DNA of 64,000 nt, from positions 109,180 to 173,179 of the forward strand of contig CAZCNE010000002.1 of the NCBI GenBank assembly GCA_964500515.1, written 5' to 3'. Position numbers and translations under genes: made by a program. Shown here piece by piece: positions 25,181 through 37,700 of the stretch. A model generated the notes under the pieces. The model did no database searches and was not told the origin of the DNA. It saw only the letters and a program-made list of their open reading frames with translations. The first letter of the stretch is position 1, and each line of letters begins with the position of its first letter. The stretch is from an uncultured Candidatus Peribacteria bacterium. Lineage in GTDB: Bacteria > Patescibacteriota > Gracilibacteria > BD1-5 > UBA6164.

Positions 25181-26122
25181 CTAAACTTTTATCCTTTTAA
25201 AAAGTAAAATTAAAAAAAGTAAATTTAATATAAAAATCACATTATAAAAAAAATCATAACTTGTAGTAAAAATTCTCTTTATTTCAGTTTTTATTTCTTT
25301 TTTTTCTAATTTAGAAATATCATCAAAAACTTGATAAAATATTTTATTTGAAGATGCTCTATAAAATTTTCAAGAAGTTTCATTTGCAATTTTTTTAAGT
25401 ATTTCTTCATTATAATCTTTGCTGTTTAATTCTCATATTCAAATTGTATAAGTTTTTATGTTTTTTTCTTTTAATAATTTTAATGCTGTAAGTGGTGACA
25501 ATCATTTATTTGCATCTCAATCAGTAAGTAAAATCATAGTTTTTTCTCTATCTTTTGAATCTTTATCAAATAAATTTGTTCACATTAAAATAGCATCTCA
25601 AATAGCTGTTCATCTAAGGTTAGGATTATTTTGGTTAATGGTATTTGTTGAAACAGATTTTATATATTCTTGTAAAAATTTATAATCATAAGTTAAAGGA
25701 ATTGATGTAAACGGTTTTCAAGCAAAAACTACAAGTCAAACTCTATCATTTTTTAATTTTTCCAAAAAAGAAAAAATCACAGTTTTTGCTAGTTCAACTC
25801 TACTTGGAAATAAATCTTTGGCTTCCATACTATAACTTATATCAAAAACCAAAACTATATCAATTCAATTTTTTATAATTTCTTCTTTTGTGTTTTTTAT
25901 GTTTGGATTAGCTAAAATAACAACATAAAAAATACTAATAAATATTAACAAGAAGAAAAATAAATAATAAAAAAAATTATTTTTTTTATAAATATTTTCT
26001 AAATCTTTAAAAAAACTAAATTTTAACTTGTTTTTTTTACTAAAAAATAAATATCCAATAATTCATAAAATTGGAATTATTACTAAAAAATAATATGGAT
26101 TTAAAAAAATAAAATTATTCAT
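25181..26122 (-). CDS. VWA-domain membrane protein (BatA-like)
   Basis: 313 aa. MIDAS motif IVLVFDISYSM, then RVGLVVFAGKPF, TMILLTDGDAN and a C-terminal TM helix. Confidence 0.8.
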
Positions 26123-26128
26123 AATTTT

Positions 26129-27115
26129 TTAAGACATCTTATTTATTATTTGTTTTAATTTCTCTAAAATCTCATCTTTATCTAAATCTAAATCTTTGTT
26201 TTTAAATTGTTCAAAATATGTTTCTTTTAATATTTTTAATAAATTTTCATCTGTTTTTGTATTTTTTGATATTTCTTTCAGAGTTTTTGTTCTAGCATTA
26301 GAAACTCAAATATGCTCAAATATTTCTCTTATTAAATCATTGATTTTAGCTAAAAAATCTCATTTATTTAAAGTTTCTTTTTCTTTTTTTATACTTTTTA
26401 ATTTATCCAAAAAATAATCTTTTTTAGAAACTTCTACTATTTTTTCTTGAATAATTTCCTCTTTTTTAGTTTCATTTAAAGAAAAATAATGTTTAAGTAA
26501 ATAATAAAATAATAAAAAAAATCCTAGTATAAGAAAAAACCAAAAATATAAATTAAAATTAAAATCTTTTTGTCAAATATTGTCATTTATATCTGTCATA
26601 AAATTAGAATCTTCATTGTTTTGGATATTTGAATTTTGAGAATTTATTCAAGAATTTAATTTATCTCAAACTTCTACTAAAACCTTATTTGAAATGTTTT
26701 TTTTATCTCAATGTTCTATTTCTACAGGTCAAATCTCAAAATTTCCTTTTTCTATAGCTTGAAGTTTTATTTCAATATCATAAATTCATTTTGTTTCTCA
26801 ATTTATTGTTTGCATTCTTATAGAGCTACTATTTCAAAGCAAATTAAACTTTTCAAGTCAAGCTATATTTATATCTCAAATATCATTTTGGTCTCATAAT
26901 TCCAAAGATGCCTTTAAAGTAAAACTTTCTCAAATTCAAATTTTTGAGTCTGAAATTTCTAAATTAAGCTTATTTAAATTTCATGAATTTGTTTGTAAAC
27001 CTCATGAACTTGCAAATGAGTCTGAAAAACAAAAAATTAAAGTAAAAAATATAATTATAAGTCCTAAAATTTTTAGTTTTTGGAATATTTTTGTTGTTTT
27101 TTCATTAAATCACAT
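26129..27115 (-). CDS. BatD-like secreted/membrane protein
   Basis: 328 aa. Signal peptide, then a beta-rich module (ISDSKIGIGESFTLKASLEL...IEKGNFEIGPVEIEHGDKKNISNKVLVEV), one TM helix (LYFWFFLILGFFLLFYYLL) and a helical C-terminus. The start is ATG-TGA (MG...). Confidence 0.55.
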
Positions 27116-27116
27116 A

Positions 27117-27989
27117 TTATTTTAATTTAAAAAAGTAAAAAAATTCTTTGTAAATATTTGTAAAATTATCTATTTTTAAGTAAGAAATTCAAAGCTTATT
27201 TAAATAATTTGATAATTTTTTAATTTTTTCTTGCCTATATTTTTTATAATTTTCTTTTTTTTCATCGTCATTTAAATCTATGTTTAAAGTATCTCAAAGT
27301 TTTGACTTAAATCACATTATTCAAAGATTATTTTCATTTATTTCCAAAGTATTTTCAAAATTATCAAATATGTTGATGTAAACAATATCATTTTTTAGAG
27401 ATAAAACTTTTAAATTTTTATCATTTATTACATCCATTTCATCAGTCAAAATAAACAAAAAATTGTTTTTTAATTTTATCTGATTTAAAAATAAAATCAT
27501 ATTTTGTAAATTATTTTCATTTTTTTTAATTTTTAAGTTATTTGTAAAGTTTAAAATTTCTTTATATATGTTAAAAATATGAGATTTTCATCTTTTTGCC
27601 TGAAAAATTTTAAAATCATCTTCTTTAAAAATAATAGCTCAAACTTTATCTGAATTTTCTATACTTGATAAAGCTAAAAGAAAAAAAATTTCAAGTAGAG
27701 AATCTATTTTTTTCTTTTCAAAACCAAAATTCATATTGTTTCTTAAATCAAGAAGAAAAAATACTTTTATACTTTTATCTATATTATATATTTTTGTAAG
27801 GATTTTTTGCCCTCTTGCTGAAACTAACCAATCTATATCTTTTGAATCTTCTCAAGTTTCATATTCTTTATATTCAGCAAATTCTAACCCCTTTCATTTA
27901 AAAAGACTTTTAAAATTTCAAGCATCAAAACTTGAAATCATTTTTTTTGTTTTTATATCTAATTTCTGAAAATTTTTTATAGCATCCAT
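27117..27989 (-). CDS. DUF58-family protein (MoxR-associated)
   Basis: 290 aa. KGKGLEFAEYKEYETGEDSKDIDW matches the DUF58 signature (G.EF...R.Y..GD....IDW). It lies directly downstream of the MoxR ATPase. Confidence 0.75.
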
Positions 27990-28060
27990 AAAAAAGTTAA
28001 AAAGTTTAAAAGAAAGATATACAATTTTTTCATCATTTACTCATTTTATCGCTTATTCGT

Positions 28061-29014
28061 CTATTTTACTTTCACATTTTTTAGTATTTCATCTATCAAA
28101 TGATCAATTTGTATATTATCCGCTAGTGCTTCATAATTAAGTATAAGTCTATGTCTTAAAACTTGTTTTGCTATATCCTTTATATCCTCTGGAATAACAA
28201 AATCTCTTCAAGATAAAAAAGCTAAAGCTCTTGATGCAACAAGTAAGGAAATTGAAGCTCTAGGTGAAGCTCAGTAAAAAAGATATTTTCATACATTATT
28301 TTCCTGATTTCTTGTGTAAAAAACTATGTCTTTTATGTATTTTAATATATTATCATCAACATAAATTTCTTTCGCTTGTTTTTGAATTTCTATAATATCT
28401 TTTTTTCACATAACTTTTTTTATAGAACTCAAATCATTACTTAAAGAATTATTTTTCATAATTTCTATTTCTTCTTTCTCACTTGGATAAGAAATCATTG
28501 TTTTAAAAAGAAATCTATCAAGTTGTGCTTCTGGAAGATTATAAGTTCAATCCTGTTCTATAGGGTTTTGTGTTGCCAAAACTATAAAGGGTTCTTCAAG
28601 TTTAATTGTTTTATCAGCAATAGTAACTTGTCTTTCTGCCATAGCTTCTAAAAGCGCTGATTGAACTTTTGAAGGAGCACGATTTATCTCATCTGCTAAA
28701 ACAAAATTTGAAATAATTGGACCTTCTTTTATATAAAATTCTTTTGTTTCAGGTGTATAAGCTCTTGCTCAAATCAAGTCACTTGGAAGTAAGTCTGGAG
28801 TAAATTGAATACGAGAAAAATCAAGATCAAGAGCTTTTGCTAAACTAGAAATTGTAAGAGTTTTTGCAAGTCAAGGAACTCATTCTATCAATATATGTCA
28901 TCTACAAAATAAAGTTATAAGCAAATCTCTTAGCAAATCTTCTTGTCAAATCACAAGTTTTTTTACCTCTGTTTTTAAATTTTCAATTTTTTGAGTGTAT
29001 ATATTTGATTCCAT
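28061..29014 (-). CDS. MoxR-family AAA+ ATPase
   Basis: 317 aa. Walker A reads GHILIEGVPGLAKT, with Gly codons TGA at 28871-28873 and 28880-28882. Walker B and sensor region: [28 protein letters not shown]. Confidence 0.9.
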
Positions 29015-29104
29015 AATCTTCTTTTTAAAAAATACTTTAATTTATTATAAATTTTTTTTATTTTTTTCAAACATTAAAGTATTTTTCTTAAATATTTCTT
29101 AAAT

Positions 29105-29133
29105 AAAAAGAACGAAAAATTTTCGTTCTTTTT
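29105..29133 (-). terminator. intrinsic terminator after the sortase-tailed giant gene
   Basis: GAACGAAAA / TTTTCGTTC inverted repeat (29110-29128) flanked by A/T runs, immediately downstream of the stop at 29142-29144. Confidence 0.55.
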
Positions 29134-29141
29134 ATTTTTAG

Positions 29142-31697
29142 TTACTCTGCATAATAAACCCATCTATACCTTAAATCTTTATCACAAGTAAAAATTATTA
29201 TTTTGGTTCAAAGTGGAACATCTTCTTTTAACTTATCAATATCTTCTTCTTTTACTTTAACTACATCTTTTATCTTATGAGATAATTTTTGTCAATTTCT
29301 TGTAATATTTATTTCATCTCATTTTGCCAAAGATCATCAAATAAGTTTTTTAAATACAGCTCAATAAGGATTTTTATCTTCTGGCCAAATTGATGAATGT
29401 CATAAAATTATAGTTCTTCATCTAAGAGTATCTTCATAGAATCAAGCTCATGACTCTTCCAAATCTTTTAACCATACACTTGGATGTTCAAGTAATGTTC
29501 TTGATGGTGAAACATGAATATCTAACTTATCTATATCAAGCTTTATAGAATCTTTATACTCTTCTTCTCAAGCTTTTTTCATTATCAAAGCTCTGTATAT
29601 AAATCATGAAGCTTCTTCTCTTGTTATTTGTTTATTAATATTTGAATTTTGATTAAAACTATATGGTAATAAATTCTTTGTTTTCAAAATTTCTACAGAA
29701 TCATTTTCATTTCAAGCTTCTCATAAATTAAATCATGAAACTATTGTATCACTCAATACTTTATATGTAACTGTTCATTCAGGATTAAAACTATTTTCTG
29801 TTTCTCAAGTCATTATTCATTGTTTTATTGCATTATAAATATATTTTTCGTACCAAGTTCAAGTAGTAACATCATTGTATGGCATATAATAAATATTTCT
29901 TTCTTCAATCTCACTTTCTGTTCAAATAAGTATCATTTTTGATAATTCAAGTCTTTTTAAGTTTCTTTTTGGCTCTACTTTTTCAAGTCATCATCCGCCT
30001 ATTACTCAATACCTATACAATCAAATAAGAGATTCATAGTAAGGATTATTTCAATCAGTTCAAGAAATTAAACTTTCTCAATTATACTTTTTAAACAATG
30101 ATAAAGGAATTATTCAAGTTTTAGGAATTACTCATAAATATGAAGTAAAATCATCAATAAGCTTAATTTTTTCTATTTTTTGTATTATACTGATATCTTT
30201 TTCAATAACACTATCATTATCTTGAGTATTATTATTATTTCCTGAAATTTCTTTTGGAGACAAAATAGCTGGTAAATTATCTTCTACTTTTGAATCTTCT
30301 TCTTTAACTATACTTCCTGTATCACTTTCTTGAGATTCTGGCTTTTTTATTTCGCATATTCAATCATGTAAATTTCATGAATTATCTCAATATGGACAAT
30401 TATCGACACTCGAAGATCATCATCAAATATGTGGAGTTGTTATTCAAGGATTTGTTGTTCAAGTATTTATTCATCCAGTAGAGATTGGACTTTCCAACAC
30501 TGACAGACTAACTTTTGTTGGAGCGGTATTATTGTATGGATTTAAATCTCAGTCAGGATCTGGACTTGCTCAATCTTGAGAATAGTCAATCAATTCCTCA
30601 TTAGTTACCTTGTTTAATCAAGAAATTTTTGCTATATTGTCATATGTTCAAGATTTTGTATTTAAACCTAATTTTAGGTCTAATAAAACTTTTATTTCTT
30701 GTCATACAGGTAAGTTTACTCAAGATCAAGTAAATATTTTTTTATTTGTTAATCAATTGAAATATGAATTTATAACTCAAGTTCATCCCGCAATACTCAA
30801 TTTTGTTCATAATATATCAGCTCAAATAAAGCTTGCTTGTAAATTTTCTTCAATTTGAACATTTTCTAAATTTATATCTCACATATTTTTTCATTTTAAT
30901 TCGTATTTTATGTCAAAAATTCATTCTTTATTTTTATCTACTTTTGGTGATAAAAGCATTTTTGAAATTCATAAAACTGCATTACTCGTAAATCAAACTC
31001 TTGTTGGTTCTGAATTATTTCAAGGGTTATAATCCTTATCAGGATCAACATCAGATCAATCTTGTGATAAATCAGTTTTTACTTCATTAGTATTTGGAAC
31101 AATTCACATAGCTTTTGATGAATTAAAAAATGGTCAAACAGAAGAAATTGGAATAACTCTTAAACTAATTCTAGCTATAGCTTCTTCAAATTCATTTAAT
31201 TTATCATTTCAAGTTAATATTTTTATATCTTCTTTTCAATTATAATTTGAGTTTAAATTTATATTTCAACTAATAATTTTTGTTTTAACATTTTCTATTT
31301 TAGCTCAAGAAAATGCTCTTGCTAAATCATCTTCTATTTGAATATTTGTTAGTAATCAAATTCAAGAATTTTTTACTTTTAATTCATATTCTACATTGTA
31401 AGTTCAATCTCAATTTTTAATTAAATCTACTAACCTTTTTGCTATACCTATTTTTGGACTTAAAACTAGTAAACTATCTCCAGCTCAAGAATAACTATAT
31501 CATAATCACGAGGCAAAAATTTTACTAGCTTTATTATGATATAAACCTTCATTATAAGCAACAACATCAATTGATAAAGTACAAGAATCTTCTGCTGGAA
31601 TAACAAGTCAAGAAACTATTACACTTTTTGATCATGATCATGCTGGAGTACTAATAATTAAGTTATTTTCAGGGTATTCAAAAAATTCAGGAGATCA
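29142..31697 (-). CDS. C-terminal section of the giant surface protein (or a separate 851-aa ORF): two DUF11-like modules, SLH-like modules, sortase-like catalytic domain
   Basis: The first ATG after the in-frame TAA (31704-31706) is 31697. DUF11-like blocks: YELKVKNSGIGLLTNIQIEDDL...DLSQDGSDVDPDKDYNPGNNSEPTRV and YELKGKNMGDINLENVQIEENL...DYSQDGASPDPDGDLNPYNNTAPTKV. SLH-like block: YNDVTTGTWYEKYIYNAIKQGIMTGETENSFNPEGTVT. Sortase-like C-terminus: RTIILGHSS...KGDEINIT...TKIIIFTCDKDLRYRWVYYAE*. The last 380 nt were verified codon by codon. Confidence 0.7.
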
Positions 31698-31703
31698 TAG
31701 ACA

Positions 31704-34700
31704 ATTAGTTGTCATATTTTCATTTGGATCTCATGCTAAAACCATTTGTCATGGAATACTTGGAAATATATCATAAAAAGGTGCATAAATCGTAAATCAT
31801 TGATTTTGTAGTGTTACTTCTTGTGAATTAGGATTTTTAATCTCAAAATTTAATCTTGTTTTTTCTCAAGGATACACAACTTTTTTATCAAAATATTTTT
31901 TTATACTTAATGGATTTATTTCTTGCACAAATAAAGAAACTTCAGAACTTGGTGCTCAAGCATATGAAATTTCCTGAACTTTTACTCAGCTAGTCACATT
32001 TGGATGCTCTCATAATATATCACTTGTTACCTTAATAATAAACATTTTAGATTCATTAGCTTTTAAATTAAAATTGCTTATATCTATACGCTTCCTATCT
32101 CAAGATATTGTGTATTTATATGATCAAGAATCACAAGGAGGATAACTACTAGAAATATTATCTTGAATATTGCATTGAACTTCAGCTCATGAAGAAATCT
32201 GCATATTATTTAATTCATCATAAAAACTAGCGTTTGTAAAATCATTATCCGTCATATTTGCTACCAAAAAAAGTAAATTTGACACAGATCATTTTGATAT
32301 TTGTTGATCAATAAACATTTTTTGAATATTTGGAGGGGTATTTCAAACTTGTAGGTAAGCTACATTTGATTTTGCTCAAGTTCATAATTCATTAGAATAA
32401 ACTTCTGTTGTCTGGTTTGGATAAACTCAAGATTCTACACTTGTAATAATATCAATTCTTATTGAACATCAAGCTCATGGTAATAAAGACATATTTGATA
32501 CTTCTATTATATTTCATCAAGCCTCTGCATTAACTATTCAATTACAATTATTTACTATATTTGAAGGAGTAGCTATTGTTATTCATGATAAATAATCACT
32601 AAATTTTATTCAAGTAAAACCACCAGGTAATATATAATCAAGATTAGGATTTTGAATATAAAAAGTCATTGTTGTTTTTCATCATCATTCTGGAAAATTC
32701 ATTTGATAGTAATTTTTTTCAATACTTATATCTCTTGGTTTTACTATTATTAAATTATCTTTATTACTCTTTTTTCATGTTCAAGTTTCATTTGAATATA
32801 TTTCTGTTGTTTGATTTGGGTAAATTCATAAATTTGTAGCTATTGATTTTATTTTAACCGATATATTACAAGAGGCATATAATGGAAGTGATAAATTTGT
32901 AAGTTCAAAAGTATCTCATCAAACCTCTGCTTCATATGTAAAATCATTACAATCTGATTGTATATCTAAAGGATCTGATAAAATCATTCAGGTTAAGAAA
33001 TCACTAAATCTGATTCAAGTTAAATCTCAAGAATATGTGCTAGCATTGTTCATGTTACTAACACTAAAGGAAATATATGACTCCTTTCAAACCAAAATCT
33101 CATTTGGTTGAAAAGTTTTTACAAGAATTGGTGGAATTGGTCATGTGACAACTAAATTAGCCAAATTACTTTTTTGTCCTGTTTGAGTTTCATTTGAATA
33201 TATTTCTGTTGTTTGATTTATGTGTGTTCATATTTTGTTACTTGTTACATCAACATATATATAACACTGTTGTCACCATGAAGTAGATTCTAAACTAGCA
33301 TTTGTTACTTTAAAAGTATCTCATGAGGCCTCTGCTTCATATGTAAAATCATTACAAGTTGATGTAATATTTAATGGATCTGTTAGTGTCATACCGCTAA
33401 GTGTGTCACTAAATTTAATTCATGTGAATCATCATGGTAAAATTTGAGTAGAATTTTTATTAAATATTGAAAATGTTATTGTTGATATTCATCAAGTTCA
33501 AATAAACTTAGGACTAAAAGATTTTTCTATTCTGGGTGGAATTGGATTTACAACTTGTAAGTTTGCTATATTTGATTTTGCTCAAGTTCATAATTCATGA
33601 CTAATTATTTCGCTAGTTTGATTATTTAAAGTTCAAATAGTATTTCATGTTATTTCAACATATATTTGACAAAATGATCAAGGTGATATAGATAAATTTG
33701 TTACTTTAAAAGTATCTCATCAAGCTTCTGCTTCATATGTAAAGTCATTACAATTTGATGTTATACTTAGTGGATCTGTTAACGTTATACCACTAAAAGT
33801 ATCATTAAATTTAATTCATGTTAAATCTCAAGGCATTATTTGATTATTGTTTGGATTATTTATTTCAAACAATATAGTTGAAGATTGTCATTTTCCTATA
33901 TAACCAGGAGAAAAATACTTATTTATTTTAGCATTTACTGGTTTAGAAATTTCTAAGTTTGCAATATTTGATTTAGCTCAAGTTCAGATTTCATTTGTTA
34001 TTATTTCACTTGTTTGATTAGGAAATGTTCAAACATTATTTCAAGATTTTACATCCACATAAACATAACAATTATTTCATCATCATGCTGTTCAAAGTAA
34101 ATTTGCATTTGTAACTTCAAAAATATCTCATCAAGCTTCTGCTTCATATGTAAAATCATTACAAGTTGATGTTATATTTAGTGGATCTGTCAATGTCATA
34201 CCACTAAGAGTATCACTAAATTTAATTCATGTTAATCCTCATGGTAAAATACTTAAACTATTTGGATTGTGAATTTGAAATGTTATTTGAGATACTTTTC
34301 AAGTTCATGTTAAATTTGGAGAAAACCACTTACTAACTGTTGCATTACTTGATTTTAATATATTTAAATTTACTATATTTGATTTAGCTCAAGTTCATGA
34401 CTCATTTGAATATATTTCTGTTGTCTGGTTTGGATAAGTTCAGTATTGTATTCAAATCACATCAAAAGAGACTAAACAAGATGTAGTTGGTGAAACTGTA
34501 GCATTTGTTATATCAATTTTATTTCATCAAGCTTCTGCTTCATATGTAAAGTCATTACAACTTGATGTTATATTTAATGGGTTTGTTAGTATCATACCAC
34601 TAAGAGTATCACTAAATTTAATTCATGTTAGTCATCATGGTAAAGTACTTGAACTATTTGGGTTATAAATTTGAATATTTATAGTTGTTGTTCAAGACAT

Positions 34701-37700
34701 ACCTATATTACTTTTAGTGAAACTTTTATTTATAGTTGGCTTTTGAGCTTCAGTAACATAAAGATATCAAGTATTACTTCTTGATCAAGTTCAAGTTTCA
34801 TTTGTTACTATTTCACTAGCTCTATTTATCAAAGTTCAGACAACATTTCAAACTACATCCATATTTATCAGACAATACTCTTTTGGAGAAATTGTTACTC
34901 ATGAAACACTAAAAAAGCTTCATCATGCAATAGCTTCATAACTTACATTATCTCAACAACCGCTAAAAGTTATATTTAAAGGATTTGTTAAAGTCATACC
35001 ACTAAATGTATCACTAAATCCAATTCAAGTTAGTCATCCAGGAAGAAAACTACTAAGATTGGAATTATATAATCTAAATGTTAACTTAGATTTTTCTCAT
35101 TTTATTATGTAAAGAGGGTCAAATAGTTTTTCAAAACTTGGTTCTTTTAAATCAACAATATCTAAATTTACAATATTTGATTTAGCTCAAGTTCATAATT
35201 CATTTGAAAATATTTCTGTTGTTTGGTTTGGATGAGTTCAAACAACATTAGAAGTTACTTCAAAATATATATAACAATCTGAGCTTGGAGAAATTGTTGC
35301 ATTTGTAATTTCAAAAATATTTCATCAAGGTGAAGCGTTATAAGAAAAGTTCATTCAACAATTAGATGAACTAATATTTAATGGTGTGCTTAAAATCATT
35401 CAACTAAGAACATCTTTAAATTTTACTCAAGTCAATCATCAAGATAGTGTTAAATAACTATTTGGATTATTTATCTTTAAAGTAATTTTTGAATTTGTTC
35501 ATCTTAAAATAATGTTTGGTGATATACTTTTAATTATACTAGCAGGTTTTGGAGGAGTTACAGTAAGATTTGCTATATTTGATTTTGCTCAAGTTCAATT
35601 TTCATTAGTATAAACTTCGTTTGTTTGATTTGGATGAATTCAAACTATATTACTTGTTACTCTAATATCTACATAACAACTCGAATTTGGAGGAATTGTT
35701 GCATTTTTTATTTCAAATTGATTTCATCATTGAACTCATTGATAATCAAAATTTTGACAAGTAGAATTAAAATTTATAGGACTTGATAAAACCATTCAAC
35801 TAAGAGTATCTTTAAATTTTACTCAAGTAATTCAAGCTGGAAGAATAGTAGAATTATTAGGATTTGTTAAGTTTATTCTTATTGTTGAAACATCATTGTA
35901 AGATATAGTTGTAGGAGAAAATGTTTTTTGTATTTTTATAGGTTCTATAATCTTTAGATCAGCTTTAACTGAATCTGGATTTTTTGTATCAAGAATTGAT
36001 TTAAGATCTCATGCTGCAATTGTGTTTGTATATAATCAAGCTCAAGTTCAAGTAATTGAAGCATATATTTGACAAGCACTTTCTGCCTTAAATAATCATC
36101 AGTCTAATCTAAGATAAGAAGTTCCATCAGGATTTATTCATTTTGTAACTATTCATCAAGAACAAGTAGTTGTTGGAGTTCAAACTATACTTAGTCAAGC
36201 TGGAAGAGTATCAATAATAGCTGGACTTGCTCAAGTCTCATCGTTTTGAATTACTTGAGTATTAAATATTTCAATTATCAAAGTTGTATTTTTTCACTTT
36301 TCTATTATATTTGGACTAAATCATTTTCATATATTTAAATTTCTTGCAACAGTCAATGTTGCAGCAGAATCATTACTATTAGTAATTCACTCCTTTGTTA
36401 CTACATCTCAAGAAGATAAGGTATTTATATGATTTCATCACTTATAACTTGTTACATTAAACTCAAAATGACAAATTCAACCAGCATCCATAAATGCATC
36501 AGATAAAATCATTTTATTACTTCAAATAGATCAAGAAAAAGTTCATCATCTACATTTTCAAGTTACAGATTTGTATTGATCTGTAAAATTAGGATTTGGA
36601 TTTGTATGAATTTTTATATCTGTTGGTAATTCATCAGTAATTCACACTCAAGATAAATTTATGGCTTCACTTAAAGTATTTTCAAGAGTAATCCTTACTC
36701 TAGACACTCATCATCAATTTATTACTGGTGGTATAAACTCTTTATTTGCTGTAATACTTACAGCCTTTCTTGTTATATCAGCATTTACATTGGAATAATT
36801 TTCAAATTGTCATCAGTTATAATCTTTTGCAGAAAAATATATATTTTTTCAATGTGTTGATCAGGTAATTGTGTTTGTAGATTTTTGAATAGTTTGTCAA
36901 GATGTAAGAGCTGGTACTCTTACATTTATATATATATTACATTCTGCTGAATTTGATAAAGAAGATAAAGTTCCTCAAGACAACGAAATACTAGATGTTC
37001 AAGGATTTCAAATAATTTCTCATCAACAATCATTTTTTATATCAGGATTTGAAGAAATAGTATGTCAAAACGGTAGACTGTCTAACAAATTTATATTTTT
37101 AAGAGGAATATAATCATAAGAACTTCTTCTAATTCTTATTCTAAGTCTTGTTTCTCATAAAGGTCATACAGTATTTGGAATAAATTCTTTATATAAAGAA
37201 ATCGCAGGATATACATAAACTTGATTTTTTAGTTCAAAAGGAAAAACTGTTGATCATGAAGATGCTGTATTCTCATACGTTATATTTCAAACAGGAATAG
37301 TATTATATTTCCATTGATTTATTGGATATGTATCTGTATCTGATTTAATAGGTATAGTAAAAGTACAAGAAGAATTTTTTGGGATTGTAAGATTATTAAT
37401 ATTTATAATACTTGTTCATACCGGTGCATTTGCTTCTACTGAAGGACATGTTGTAACATAACTATCAGCAATTTTAAAAAAAGGATCTGTATCTCAAGGA
37501 ACTCAATTATCAATTCACATCGTTGATAAATCGTCTTTTAATTTCAAGTTTATAACATCAGTTGCCTTACTTCTATTTGTAAAAGTAAATATTATATTTG
37601 TTTTATCTCATTGATAAATATATTGTCTGCTAAATTTTTTATCAATTCAAACAATATTACTATTTACTGTTAATGTTGAAGAAAATTGATTGTATTCATA

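Noticed and set aside
32300-35700. Regularly spaced repeats considered as a possible CRISPR array or satellite.
   Set aside because: The period is about 400 nt with no short direct repeat/spacer structure. The repeats are in frame and translate into a conserved protein domain. No cas genes are present.
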